Assembly (NCBI GenBank): GCA_963817895.1
Contig: CAWFQB010000006.1
Coordinates: 32,001 to 96,000 of the forward strand
Direction: 5' to 3'
From: an uncultured Chthonomonadaceae bacterium
GTDB taxonomy: Bacteria; Armatimonadota; Chthonomonadetes; Chthonomonadales; Chthonomonadaceae
Length of the DNA stretch: 64,000 bases
In this document: piece after piece, positions 19,550-29,667 of the stretch
Position numbering within the stretch: the first letter of the stretch is position 1
Layout of the letters: every line of letters begins with the position of its first letter
Translations under genes and position numbers: made by a program
Notes under the pieces: generated by a model
The model's database searches: none
The model's input: only the letters and a program-made list of their open reading frames with translations
What the model was told of the DNA's origin: nothing

Positions 19550-22500
19550 TCAGCACCCGGATGCAATCATGAGCATGGCTGAATGAGAGTTTTCTTCCGC
19601 ATCGCCGTCAAACCGCTCGGAACCCCTCTCCGACAAAGCGACTGCAACGGCCTCCTCCCAGGTCAGCGCCCGCCCCTCCTCCCAGCCTCGCGCGAACGCT
19701 TCATCTCCCGCGACAGCGCAGGCGGCTGCCACATCGCGCTCGTATTCTTCTCGCGCGCTGGACGGCAGCGGCGCGCCAATCTGTTCCCGCAACGCCTGTG
19801 CCGCTCCCCACAAGCGGGCCGCTCTTTGCATTTCTACGCCCGCCTCGTTGCTCCCCCCTGCCGTTTCCACCGAAGTTGTAGACGCAAGCGTTTCTACCGC
19901 GATAAGAGCGGCGAAGGCATCCAGAAACGAGAGAATGCCAGGCCGACATTCGATGCTCCGCCAGATTGCGAGGCTCTCTTCGTGGCAAGCGCGGGCGGCA
20001 ACATAGTCAGCCCGTATGCGTTCCCGACACCCCAGATTATGGAGTGAGGCGGCGACAGCAAGGGGTTTTCCGATCACTCGTCGGAGCGCCAGGCTCTCCG
20101 CATGGTAAGCTCGACCGGCAGCATCGTCGCCCCGTTTATAGGCTTCATCCCCCAGTTCATACAGGGTGGCAGCAATACCCGGCCGATCTCCGATCTCTCG
20201 TCGAATCGCCAGGCTCTCATCCAGGTAGACCTGCGGGGCAGCATAGTCGCTCCGGTTCCAGGGCACCCTCCCCAGGTTCGTGAGACTACTGGCTATACCC
20301 GGCAGATCTCCGAGTTCCCGAGAGATTGTCAGGCTCTCATTATAGTAGGCCCGCGCAGCAACAGTGTCGTCCTGATCGCTGGTAACATTTCCCATAGAAT
20401 TGAGGACGGTAGCAATACCCAGCCTATCTCCGAGTTCCCGAGAGATTGTCAGGCTCTCAGCAAAGTAGGCCCACGCAGCAGCATAGTCGCCACGAATATA
20501 TTCCTCTTCCCCCAGGTTATTGAGACAGCTGGCTATACTCTGCCGATCTCCGAGTTCCCGAAAAATTGTCAGGCTCTCATTATAGTAGGCGCGCGCGGCA
20601 ACAGTGTCGCCCTGATCGCTGGTAACATTTGCCAGGCAGTTGAGTGACGCCGCGATACCCATCCGGTTTCCGAGTTCCCGCAGGATTTCCCAGGCACTCT
20701 TCAAGGTAGGCGCGCCCAACCGCATAGTCACCCAGAATGCAGGCCAGCATCCCGGCCCCAATGAGTCCTCTCGTTCGCGCCGCCGTTCGCTCCTGCGCTC
20801 CTTTGGCCTGCAATGCTTTCTCGCACCATGCCCGTCCCTCCGTTAGATACCCGCGCGTATGCCAGAACTCCAGCAACGCGCCGCAGATAAGCAAGGGGAT
20901 GGTGGAATACGGCTGAAATTCATCCTGGTTCCCTCGTCCCTCTTTCTCCTCTTTCAGGCTCCAGTCAAGAGCGGCCCGCAAATTCCCATGCTCACTGTCC
21001 AAACGCGTCAACCACGCCTCCTGCTCCGCCGTTATCAGCGCCTTCTCGGCCTGCTCGGCAAATGTCAAACACCACGCCAGATGCCGGAGTTTTACCTGCT
21101 TTGCCTCCTCTCTCGCTTGCAATTCCTGCGCGGCGTATTGTCGCACCATCTCCAGTAAACGGTAACGCCCATCTGCGTGGCCCCGTTCCTCGAATAAGAC
21201 CAGGGACTTGTCCACCAGAGAGGTCAACAGGTTCTGCATCTGCTTCTCCTCAACACCATCCCCGGCACACACCTGCTCTGCCGCTTCCAGAGTGCAGCCA
21301 CCGGCAAAGACAGACAGCCGCCTCAGCGTTGCCCGCTCCGCTTCACTCAACAGGGCGTAAGACCAGTCCAGCGTAGCCCGCAGCGTTTGCTGACGGCCGG
21401 GAGCTGTGCGGCTCCCGGCCGTCAGCAAACCCAGGTTGTCGTGCAGGCGCGAGGCGATCTGCTCGACGGTCATGGCTCTCGCCCGTGCCGCCGCCAGTTC
21501 AATAGCAAGAGGAATACCCTCCAATTGTTGGCACACCTGCGCTACCATCCGCGCATTGCTGCCCGACAGGGTAAAACTTTTTTGTACCGCCTGTGCGCGC
21601 TCTACGAACAACTGCACACTTTCATAACTCATCAGCACGCGAAGCAGGGTGGTGTTCGCCTGTGGCAGATGGGCTGGATCGGGCACAGCCAGAGCAGGAA
21701 CGGACCAGGCTGTCTCGCCCGTGATCCCCAATGCCTCTCGGCTAGTGGCTAAAATTTTTACCGTCGCGCATTCCCGCAAAAGATGGGCTACAACCTGAGC
21801 GCTCGCTTCCAGCAGATGTTCACAATTGTCCAGTACCAACAGGAGCCGCTTCGGACGCAGATGCTCGGTCACACGCTGCAAAGGAGTTCGGTCCGGCTCT
21901 TCTCTAAGCCCCAACACGGAGGCGACCTGTTGGATCACGAGTCTGCCATCGGAGAGCGTGTCCAGCGCCACCAGCCACGCGCCATCGGCATATTCTCGAA
22001 CGACCTCGCTGGCAACCTCGCGCGCCAACCTGGTTTTGCCGATGCCGCCTGCTCCCGTTAGCGTCACCAGGCGAGAACGTCCCAGCCTCACTGCTATCTC
22101 CTGCCGCTCGTCCTCTCTTCCTACCAGGTCCGTCAAGGGATAGGGAAGATAGCCTAAGACCTTCGGAACCTCTAACACGTCCGCCAAAACAACCGCATGG
22201 GAATGTTTTTGTGTCTGCGCTTCGGCTCTCAAACGCTCATACAGGGCGCGTGTCTGTTCATCGGGAACGGCGGCAGGATCGCTCCTCAGAACCGTGAGGA
22301 ATTCGCGGTACACCTGCAAGGCCGCATTACGGTCGCCCTGCTTCGCCAGCGCTTCCATCCACCCGCGCCGCGCCGCATCCGACCAGGCATCCAGACCGGC
22401 GGCTTTCTGGAAATAAGTGACAGCCTCCGCATAGGTTCCTGCCCTCAGCGCGGCTTCTCCTAACTTCTGCAACGCCTGCAAGCACTGCTGTTCCCGGCTG

Positions 22501-22979
22501 GCGCGTTCCTGCGTCACCCATTCTTCCTGACAGCCTTCCAGCAGCGGCCCGCCATACAGCGTCACCGCCTGTTGCAGATGGGCAAGGTTCCCGCTCTGGC
22601 TGTCCCTCTTAATGGCGGCATCAAACGCGAGGACATCTACTTGCGCGCCGGAAAGTTCCAGCAGAAGCGTTTGACGATCCGGCGATTGCAGCCGCGCCCC
22701 TTCCTCTCCCAATGCTCTGCGCAACTCGCTGAGAACGGGGCGCAGGTTGGCAAACGCCTGGCTCTGCTCCAGTTCCGGCCACAGCGTTGCGGCCAGCCAC
22801 TCGCGTTCCACGGGGCGAGAATGGCGCAGGGTCAGCAGCGCCAGCGCCCACAGCGCCTTACGGGAACGAAAAGGCGGAAGGAGGTTGCCCCCCACCCGCG
22901 CCTGCATCGGCCCGAACAGAGTAATGGTTAACGCTTGAACAGCGGTTTGCGCTTCCGCGCCGATCTCTGACGAGGGCAT
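19550..22979 (-). CDS. AfsR/SARP-like regulator 2: wHTH + BTAD + NB-ARC + 40-aa TPR array; frameshift near 20700
   Basis: Close paralog of regulator 1 at the N-terminus; [28 protein letters not shown] repeats. Confidence 0.9.
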
Positions 22980-23077
22980 CGGCCCCCCCTTTCTTCCATC
23001 AACGGAATGTAGAGGAACACTTACGAGACAGCAGATTACAGAGGAATAAATTGTTTGTACAGCAACATTCGAGATAC

Positions 23078-23117
23078 CGGAACGCTTTTCCTGTGGGAAC
23101 GGAACGTTGGGGATAAT
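23078..23117 (+). promoter_or_regulatory. SARP-type direct-repeat promoter motif, copy C (upstream of DUF1269 operon)
   Basis: CGGAACG-N15-CGGAACG-TTGGG-GATAAT. Confidence 0.7.
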
Positions 23118-23209
23118 GTTCGGGTGCCATACTCATTATACGTTCGGGGCGAAAAGACGCTTCGGCGTCAGGGATAAAGTTTACGCGCTCACATGTAAGG
23201 AGAAATCTT

Positions 23210-23713
23210 ATGGCTACGTTGGTATCAATCGTTTACCCCGACAAGAATCAGGCTATCGAAGCGCGCAACGCTCTCACCAGGCTGCAATCGCAGTATCTGA
23301 TTGATGTGATTGACGCTGTCGTTGTCACACGCGACGACAAGGGTAAGACCCATCTCGACCAACTCGCGCCGCTGGTGGAAATGGGCGCGATGAACGGGGC
23401 TTTATGGGGCATGCTCATCGGCATCCTGTTCTTCGCGCCCCTTCTGGGCGTGGCGGTGGGGGCGGTTTCGGGCGCGCTCGCCGGAAAGTTCTCGGACTAT
23501 GGCATTGAAGACAACTTTATGCGCGCGCTGGGTGAGCAACTACAGCCGAATACCTCGGCACTGTTTGTGCTGGCGCACGGCGGCACGCCAGAGCGTGTGC
23601 TGCCTGAAATTGCTCCTTACGGCGGCACCGTGCTGCAAACCTCGCTTCCTGCGGCAGCCGAAGAGCAGCTGAGAGTTGCGCTAAGTCAGGGACAGCTTGC
23701 GGGACAGTCGTAG
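23210..23713 (+). CDS. DUF1269-family membrane protein
   Basis: DAVVVTRDDKGK...GALWGMLIGILFFAPLLG...DYGIEDNF...SALFVL...GGTVLQTSL. Confidence 0.85.
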   Translation: MATLVSIVYPDKNQAIEARNALTRLQSQYLIDVIDAVVVTRDDKGKTHLDQLAPLVEMGAMNGALWGMLIGILFFAPLLGVAVGAVSGALAGKFSDYGIEDNFMRALGEQLQPNTSALFVLAHGGTPERVLPEIAPYGGTVLQTSLPAAAEEQLRVALSQGQLAGQS

Positions 23714-23808
23714 CGGCGCGCAGAGGTGAGCGGAAGCAGGCCGGAACAGGGTCGCCGTGTTCAGCCTGTGCCGGTGGAACACTGCTGTGACGACACAAGG
23801 AACAAACG

Positions 23809-24495
23809 ATGAACCCTGCGAACGAACAATCGGTACTGGCTCTGCTGCTGGGAGCCTTGTCCATTGCGGCTCTGCACGCGCTGATCCCCTCGCATTGGCT
23901 GGCGTTCGCATTAGTCGGACGGGCGCAACACTGGACAGCGCGACGCACCCTGATTGTTACCGCGCTGGCCGGAACAGGACACGTTCTGCTGACGATAGCG
24001 CTCGGAATGATCCTGGCGGTTTTGGGAAAGGGGCTGCTGCGCGCGATACCGCCCGCCGCGGAACACGCCGCTACAACGGTGTTGCTCATCGCGCTCGGTC
24101 TGTACTTCGCGGTGGGGGGAATACGCCACAAGGGGAGTTGTCATCATCACGGTCACGCGCATGGGGAGGATGGCGTGTGCGCGCCTCCTGAACGGGGATT
24201 GCGCGGGAAGTTGGGAGAGGGGCCGACGGTCATGGGCGCGCTCGTTCTGGGCATGACTCTATCTCCCTGCCTGGACTTGCTATCCGTATATGTGGCCGCG
24301 TCCGCCGCTCCCTGGCCCGTTCTGATCGCCATCAGCGTCATCATGGCCTCCACAACCATAGGACTCATGCTGCTGCTGGTATGGCTGACGCTGCATGGTC
24401 TGGAGCATGTCAAACTCGACTGGCTGGAGCGGAATGAGGGCCTGGGACTTGGCGTTATATTGATCGCATTGGGGGTGCTGTTGTTCTTTTTGTAA
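23809..24495 (+). CDS. His-rich membrane protein, Ni/Co transporter-like (NicO/UreH-like)
   Basis: LHALIPSHW, GHV, HHHGHAH loop, SPC motif, ~6 TM helices. Confidence 0.65.
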   Translation: MNPANEQSVLALLLGALSIAALHALIPSHWLAFALVGRAQHWTARRTLIVTALAGTGHVLLTIALGMILAVLGKGLLRAIPPAAEHAATTVLLIALGLYFAVGGIRHKGSCHHHGHAHGEDGVCAPPERGLRGKLGEGPTVMGALVLGMTLSPCLDLLSVYVAASAAPWPVLIAISVIMASTTIGLMLLLVWLTLHGLEHVKLDWLERNEGLGLGVILIALGVLLFFL

Positions 24496-24571
24496 GCAGC
24501 CATGTTGCGAAATATGGCAATTGTACTGAGGCGCAATGATCCGCTCCTCATTGTGAAAGAAGAGGATTTTC

Positions 24572-25435
24572 ATGTCACAAGTTTGGTTGATTACGGGCAG
24601 TTCCGCGGCCTGGGCCATGCGCTTGCCGAAGCTGCGCTTGCCGCAGGACACCAACTCGTCGCTACCGCGGAATCCCGCGCAGCTTGCCGGCCTGGTGGAA
24701 TGTTACGGCGATCAGGTTCGCGCCGTCGCCCTGGATGTAACCGACCCGCAGGCGGCCAAAGATGCGATAAATACGGCTGTGGAAGCGTTCGGGCGGCTGG
24801 ATGTGCTGGTCAACAACGCGGGCTATGGCGACATTGGCTCCATTGAGGATACGAGCCTCGAAGACTTTCGCGCGCAGATCGAAACCAATCTTTTCGGGGT
24901 CATCAACGTTACCAAAGCCGCGCTGCCGTTGTTGCGGCAGCAGGGAACGGGGCATATCATTCAGGTTTCTTCCATCGGGGGAAGACGCAGCTCACCAGGC
25001 TTTGCTCCTTATCAAGCCGCCAAATGGGGGGTAGAAGGCTTTTCAGAAGCGCTTGCAAAAGAGGTCAGGCCACTGGGAATCAAGGTGACGATCCTGGAAC
25101 CGGGCGGCTTCCGTACGGACTGGTCCGGCGCTTCCATGACCATCCATACCAGTCGGCCTGAATACGATTCCACGGTGGGCGCGGTGGCCCGGTTTCAACG
25201 CGAATACGATGGCACCCAACCGGGCGATCCCCGTAAGGCCGCGGCGGTTATCCTCCAGGTCGCGAGCCTTGAGGAACCACCGCTGCGGCTGCTGCTCGGC
25301 AGCGACGCCGTTCGACTGGCGGAGCAGAACGACGAGACGCGGCGCGAAGCCGACCAGAAGTGGCGGGACCTGAGCGTCTCGACCGACTTCGAGACGGGCG
25401 ACAGTTCTAAAAACTATCCCTGGAAAGAAAAGTGA
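24572..25435 (+). CDS. SDR-family oxidoreductase (N-terminus scrambled by compensating indels)
   Basis: WLITGSS, VNNAGYG, YQAAK, LEPGGFRTDW. Confidence 0.9.
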   Translation: MSQVWLITGSSAAWAMRLPKLRLPQDTNSSLPRNPAQLAGLVECYGDQVRAVALDVTDPQAAKDAINTAVEAFGRLDVLVNNAGYGDIGSIEDTSLEDFRAQIETNLFGVINVTKAALPLLRQQGTGHIIQVSSIGGRRSSPGFAPYQAAKWGVEGFSEALAKEVRPLGIKVTILEPGGFRTDWSGASMTIHTSRPEYDSTVGAVARFQREYDGTQPGDPRKAAAVILQVASLEEPPLRLLLGSDAVRLAEQNDETRREADQKWRDLSVSTDFETGDSSKNYPWKEK

Positions 25436-25482
25436 TACGCGAGACAGCTTTGCTTGCCATATCAAAGAAGGAGGCCGTAAGA

Positions 25483-25966
25483 ATGTTTTCGACAAAGAAC
25501 GATTTACCCGAAGCTACGCGCGCTGCCATGATCGAGACGCTGAACCTGCGTCTGGCGGACGCCATCGCCCTGCAAACGCAGGTGAAACAGGCGCACTGGA
25601 ATGTCAAAGGTCCGAACTTCATCGGGCTGCACAAGCTGTTCGATGAGATTTCCGGCGCGATGCTGGAAACCATTGATCTTCTCGCGGAACGGGCGGTGCA
25701 GTTGGGTGGCGTGGCGGAAGGCACGGCGTACATGGCGGTGAAACGCTCGCAATTGAAGCCGTATCCCCTGGACATCTCGACCGGCAAAGACCACTGCGAG
25801 GCGCTCTCCTCCGCGTTGGCAACGTTCGGCAAGGCGGCTGCGCAAGGACATTGACGCGGCGGACAAAGCGGGCGACAAGAACACTTCCGACATTTACACA
25901 GAAATCTCGCGTGGCATGGATCAGTGGCTGTGGTTCGTGGAAGCGCACTTGCAAGCCGACGCTTAA
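25483..25966 (+). CDS. dps: DNA starvation/stationary phase protection protein Dps (frameshift near 25840)
   Basis: KQAHWNVKGPNFIGLHKLFDE...AERAVQLGG; tail DIYTEISRGMDQWLWFVEAHLQ in another frame. Confidence 0.9.
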
Positions 25967-26003
25967 AACACTATCACTCTGAAAGAGGGAAGGAGGTATT
26001 CCG

Positions 26004-27842
26004 ATGGCAACAGTTTTACAGCGATTCTGCGTTCTCAGCGCCCTTGTTATGGGAACTCATTTATGCCTGCCTGCCGTTTCTCAGCAGCAACACAGGGTAC
26101 ATGTGAACGCGAACCCGGCGTTTGCGCGTGAGATGATGGACAGCATGGCGAAGATGGACAAAGCCATGATGACCGCGCCCATGACTGGCGACCCCGACCA
26201 TGACTTTGCGGCCATGATGATCCCGCACCATCAGGGGGCTGTGGATATGGCGAAAGTCGTGCTGCTGCATGGCAAAGACCCTGTGCTGCGGCGACTGGCG
26301 CAGGAAATCATTGTCACGCAGCAGCAGGAGATCGAAGTCATGCGTCTCCGACTGGCTGGCGCTGAAAGGCGGCATGCCGATGCCGCGCAAGGCCAGCCTG
26401 CCCGACGCCGCGCGACGAGTTCGTCTCGACGGACAAGCCTGCCGCATAAGGAAGAACCAAAAGCCGCCGCTTCGATTGCTCTTTCCAGCCATGACCGGGT
26501 TTATACCGCTGACCAGACCTCCAACACGGTTTCGGTGATTGATCCGGCAACAAATACTTTGCTCGGCGTCATTCGGCTTGGCGATCCGGTTCCGGGCGCG
26601 CTCAGTCCGCTTTATAGAGGACAGTTGCTGGTACACGGCATGGGATTTTCGCCGGATCACCGAACGCTCGCTGTCGTTTCCGTCGGCTCCAATTCGGTTA
26701 CTTTTCTCGATACGGCGACCAACAAAGTAAAGGGAGTAGTCTATATCGGGCGTTCGCCGCACGAGGCGTTCTTTACGCCGGACGGCAGGGAACTCTGGGC
26801 AACAGTGCGCGGCGAAGATTATGTCTCTATCATTGATCCTGTAAAAATGAAGGAGACGCGGCGCGTCCAAACAGCGAACGGGCCGGGAATGGTTCTATTT
26901 CGCCCGGATGGGCGGTACGCCTTCGTAACTTCCAGCTTTACCCCGGAGTTGGATGTGGTGGATACAACGACCTACAAGGTCATTGCGCGCGTTCCGCAGG
27001 TAAGCCCCTTCTCGCCTAATCTGGCGGTCAGCCAGGATGGGCAGGAGGTCTGGTTCACGCTCAAAGACAGCGGCAAAACGCAGGTGATGAGCGCGATTCC
27101 GCCGTTTCATGTTCTCGCGACACTTGCGACCGGCCCGATTTCCAATCATGTCGCGCTCGTTGAAAACGCCAATGGAAAGTTCGCTTATGTGACGGTAGGC
27201 GAAGAAAACGTGGTAAAAGTCTACCGCCGGGGTTCAAAGCCAGAATGGGTTGCAAGCATTCCGACGGGCGATCTGCCACATGGCATCTGGCAATCCGGGG
27301 ATGGAACACGGGTCTATGTCGGGCTGGAAAATCAGGACGCGGTCGTAGCCATTGACACGCTATCGAACACAGCTATCGCTACTATTCTGATTGGTCAGCA
27401 GCCGCAGGCGCTCGTTTATGTTCCCAATGCCGTGCCTGAAGGCGATGGCGTTTCCAATTTGACGCCGCTCGGCGACGCCGGGAACGCCGGGCATCTGACC
27501 ATGAGCGCGCCGGAAGGCAGCGGCAGTCGGGCGCATGCAACGGTTTCGGTGAATGTGTTGGGGCCACTCGACCTGCTGCAAATGGCGGTTTCCGGTCTGA
27601 AACCGGGGCAAATGTACCGGCTCTGGCTGGTGACCTCTCGGACTGCGCCGTTTGGACAAAAGCAGCCGCTTGTCACCTTCAAGACGAATTTGGCCGGGGC
27701 GCAGGTGACGCAGGCGATTGGCCCCTTTCGGCAGGCGCTAACCTCCGCCGGCGAAAATGCGCGGGAACCGCTTCCGCAACGATTTCTGCTGCTCACTGCG
27801 GGAGACAGGGAAACGCCCGAACTGATCCAAAACGCTCCGTGA
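26004..27842 (+). CDS. secreted DUF305 + YVTN/YncE beta-propeller protein
   Basis: GDPDHDFAAMMIPHHQGAVDMA; RVYTADQTSNTVSVID, SPHEAFFTPDG. Confidence 0.85.
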   Translation: MATVLQRFCVLSALVMGTHLCLPAVSQQQHRVHVNANPAFAREMMDSMAKMDKAMMTAPMTGDPDHDFAAMMIPHHQGAVDMAKVVLLHGKDPVLRRLAQEIIVTQQQEIEVMRLRLAGAERRHADAAQGQPARRRATSSSRRTSLPHKEEPKAAASIALSSHDRVYTADQTSNTVSVIDPATNTLLGVIRLGDPVPGALSPLYRGQLLVHGMGFSPDHRTLAVVSVGSNSVTFLDTATNKVKGVVYIGRSPHEAFFTPDGRELWATVRGEDYVSIIDPVKMKETRRVQTANGPGMVLFRPDGRYAFVTSSFTPELDVVDTTTYKVIARVPQVSPFSPNLAVSQDGQEVWFTLKDSGKTQVMSAIPPFHVLATLATGPISNHVALVENANGKFAYVTVGEENVVKVYRRGSKPEWVASIPTGDLPHGIWQSGDGTRVYVGLENQDAVVAIDTLSNTAIATILIGQQPQALVYVPNAVPEGDGVSNLTPLGDAGNAGHLTMSAPEGSGSRAHATVSVNVLGPLDLLQMAVSGLKPGQMYRLWLVTSRTAPFGQKQPLVTFKTNLAGAQVTQAIGPFRQALTSAGENAREPLPQRFLLLTAGDRETPELIQNAP

Positions 27843-27966
27843 GCGCGTTCAGCGGGAGATTACCGTATACGTCTGCCGTCTTCGCGGCGAGCCAACCGTT
27901 CCTGTGGACGGGAATATATCCGCTGTGGAGATTGGTCTCAAAGATGTGAAAAGGAGAGTGACGACA

Positions 27967-28803
27967 ATGAGCCAGACTCGAGTTTCGATGTTGAGCAAAG
28001 GAATAGCAGGCGAGGACAAAACACAATCCTCCCGCCCGAAGGCAAGCGAGGATACATGCGATCAGACAGGCGAACGCTTGTTTTTGGCAGGCGAATACGT
28101 TGCGCCGGGGGAGTATGTGGAGATGGAGACAAACCGGCGTATTGCCCTGCCCGGGCCGGGTTTCCTGCCCGCCCGTTTGGATGGACACGTCGCCTGTTAT
28201 CGCCTGGCGCGGCGCGGCCTGGGAGGAACGGGGGATATGGCGCTGGCAAGGCGACAGGCGCAGTTCCAATGTCTCGCCGAGCAAACTCACAAACGCCTGT
28301 ACAACTTTGCGCGCCGCGCCCTGAATAATCCCCAGGACGCCGAGGATGTGACCCAGGAAGCGCTCACCCGCGCCTGGACGCACTTCGAGACGTTCGATCC
28401 GCGCTACTCTTTCGACGCCTGGATATTTCGGATCGCCGGCAACATACTGATTGATCAGAGTCGCCGCCGCAAACGCCGACAGGAGATCTCGCTGAATGTG
28501 CCCGCGGCCCGCTCGGAAGAAAACGAGGGATTGGGCTGCATGGAACTTGCCGACAGCGCAAGCGACCCGCACGAAAGTTTGATGGCAAAAGAGATCAGCG
28601 CCGAGTTGAAGTGGGCGTTGCGTTCGCTCCCGCCCCTGCATCAGACAATACTTTTACAAGTGGCGCAGCAGCGCTCGTATGCCCAGATCGCTCTCGCAAT
28701 GAATTGCCCCGAAGGAACCGTGCGTTCGCGCGTGTATCGGGCGCGGGTCATGTTGCGGCGCACTCTGAAAGAAAGGACATTCCATGAATACGCAAATGAA
28801 TAG
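27967..28803 (+). CDS. ECF sigma factor with an extra N-terminal domain
   Basis: DAEDVTQEAL.RAW..F..FD...SFDAWIFRIA.N; SYAQIA....PEGTVRSRVYRAR; ~90-aa N-terminal extension; start uncertain. Confidence 0.85.
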   Translation: MSQTRVSMLSKGIAGEDKTQSSRPKASEDTCDQTGERLFLAGEYVAPGEYVEMETNRRIALPGPGFLPARLDGHVACYRLARRGLGGTGDMALARRQAQFQCLAEQTHKRLYNFARRALNNPQDAEDVTQEALTRAWTHFETFDPRYSFDAWIFRIAGNILIDQSRRRKRRQEISLNVPAARSEENEGLGCMELADSASDPHESLMAKEISAELKWALRSLPPLHQTILLQVAQQRSYAQIALAMNCPEGTVRSRVYRARVMLRRTLKERTFHEYANE

Positions 28804-29590
28804 CCAGACAGATGCCACGAGCGCGGCGCGTGAGAGGATGGCGCAAGGGGCGTGTCTGCCCCCTGACGCTTCCATGACACCTTTCCCCTGCGCAGATACG
28901 GAGCGGGAAAACGCCCGCTTGCGTTTGGCGTTGCGGGAAGCCCATCATCGCTCCGGCAACCAGTGGCAGTTGTTGCTGGGACTGGCGGAACTGGAACGGA
29001 TACAACCGCAGGCCGAGGGTGCGGGGGGCAGTATGCGCCTGCGGGCCATGATGTCTGCTTTTGCCACCCTCAACCAGTCGCTGGACACTGATGCTGATGT
29101 TTTGACGGGCAGCCGGAATGTCAGCATTCGAGACGCTCTGGAAAACATTCTGGAACCGTTGCAAGCGGCTGCCGAAGAGGACGCCCTTGCTTTTGCGGTG
29201 CAGGATGCGTGGCTGTCGGAGAAGGGATGCGCCGCGCTCCTTCTCATCTGCGCCGAATTGGTGTGTAACGCCACCAAGTACGGGCGCAAGACCACGCAAG
29301 TTGCCTTTCGCGCGCAGGACAGACAGGGTATCCTGGAAGTGCGCGATGATGGCCCCGGCTTCCCGGATGGGTTCCGCATTGAGGAACAAACCCGTCAGGG
29401 ATTACAGCTTGTGGAAACGTTATGTCGCTGCGACCTGAATGGAGAGATGCGCTGCCACAACCATGCGCAGGGAGGCGTCGTCACTCTGACATTTCCTGTC
29501 TTGCCTGCCCCGGAAACCGCCCCGGCAGCGCAAGTAAGCGAAGGCTTATGCGGAATGGAAGGAATTATTTGTCCTCCCGACATTGGATAA
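28784..29590 (+). CDS. sensorless HisKA_2-type histidine kinase
   Basis: LREAHHRSGNQWQ; ELVCNATKYG; VRDDGPGFP; QGLQLV. Confidence 0.75.
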   Translation: MNTQMNSQTDATSAARERMAQGACLPPDASMTPFPCADTERENARLRLALREAHHRSGNQWQLLLGLAELERIQPQAEGAGGSMRLRAMMSAFATLNQSLDTDADVLTGSRNVSIRDALENILEPLQAAAEEDALAFAVQDAWLSEKGCAALLLICAELVCNATKYGRKTTQVAFRAQDRQGILEVRDDGPGFPDGFRIEEQTRQGLQLVETLCRCDLNGEMRCHNHAQGGVVTLTFPVLPAPETAPAAQVSEGLCGMEGIICPPDIG

Positions 29591-29667
29591 TCGTAAGTAA
29601 AACAGCAGGTAAGCGCGGGGAAACTCCTCGCGCGGCAAAGGGAAAATAAAAAGGGAAGGATAAACGC

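Noticed and set aside
20306..20630. Near-identical repeats as a DGR template/variable pair
   Set aside because: Both copies are in-frame TPR units, mismatches are not adenine-specific, and no reverse transcriptase is present.
23078..23117. Reading the GGAAC motif as an EcfG-type promoter (GGAAC...CGTT)
   Set aside because: The GGAAC-to-CGTT distance is 21 nt, too long; direct repeats plus GATAAT fit better.
27895..27920. Possible fourth SARP-type motif (TTCCTGTGG..GGGAAT) before the ECF gene
   Set aside because: Lacks the first heptamer and the TTGGS-GATAAT tail; match too weak.
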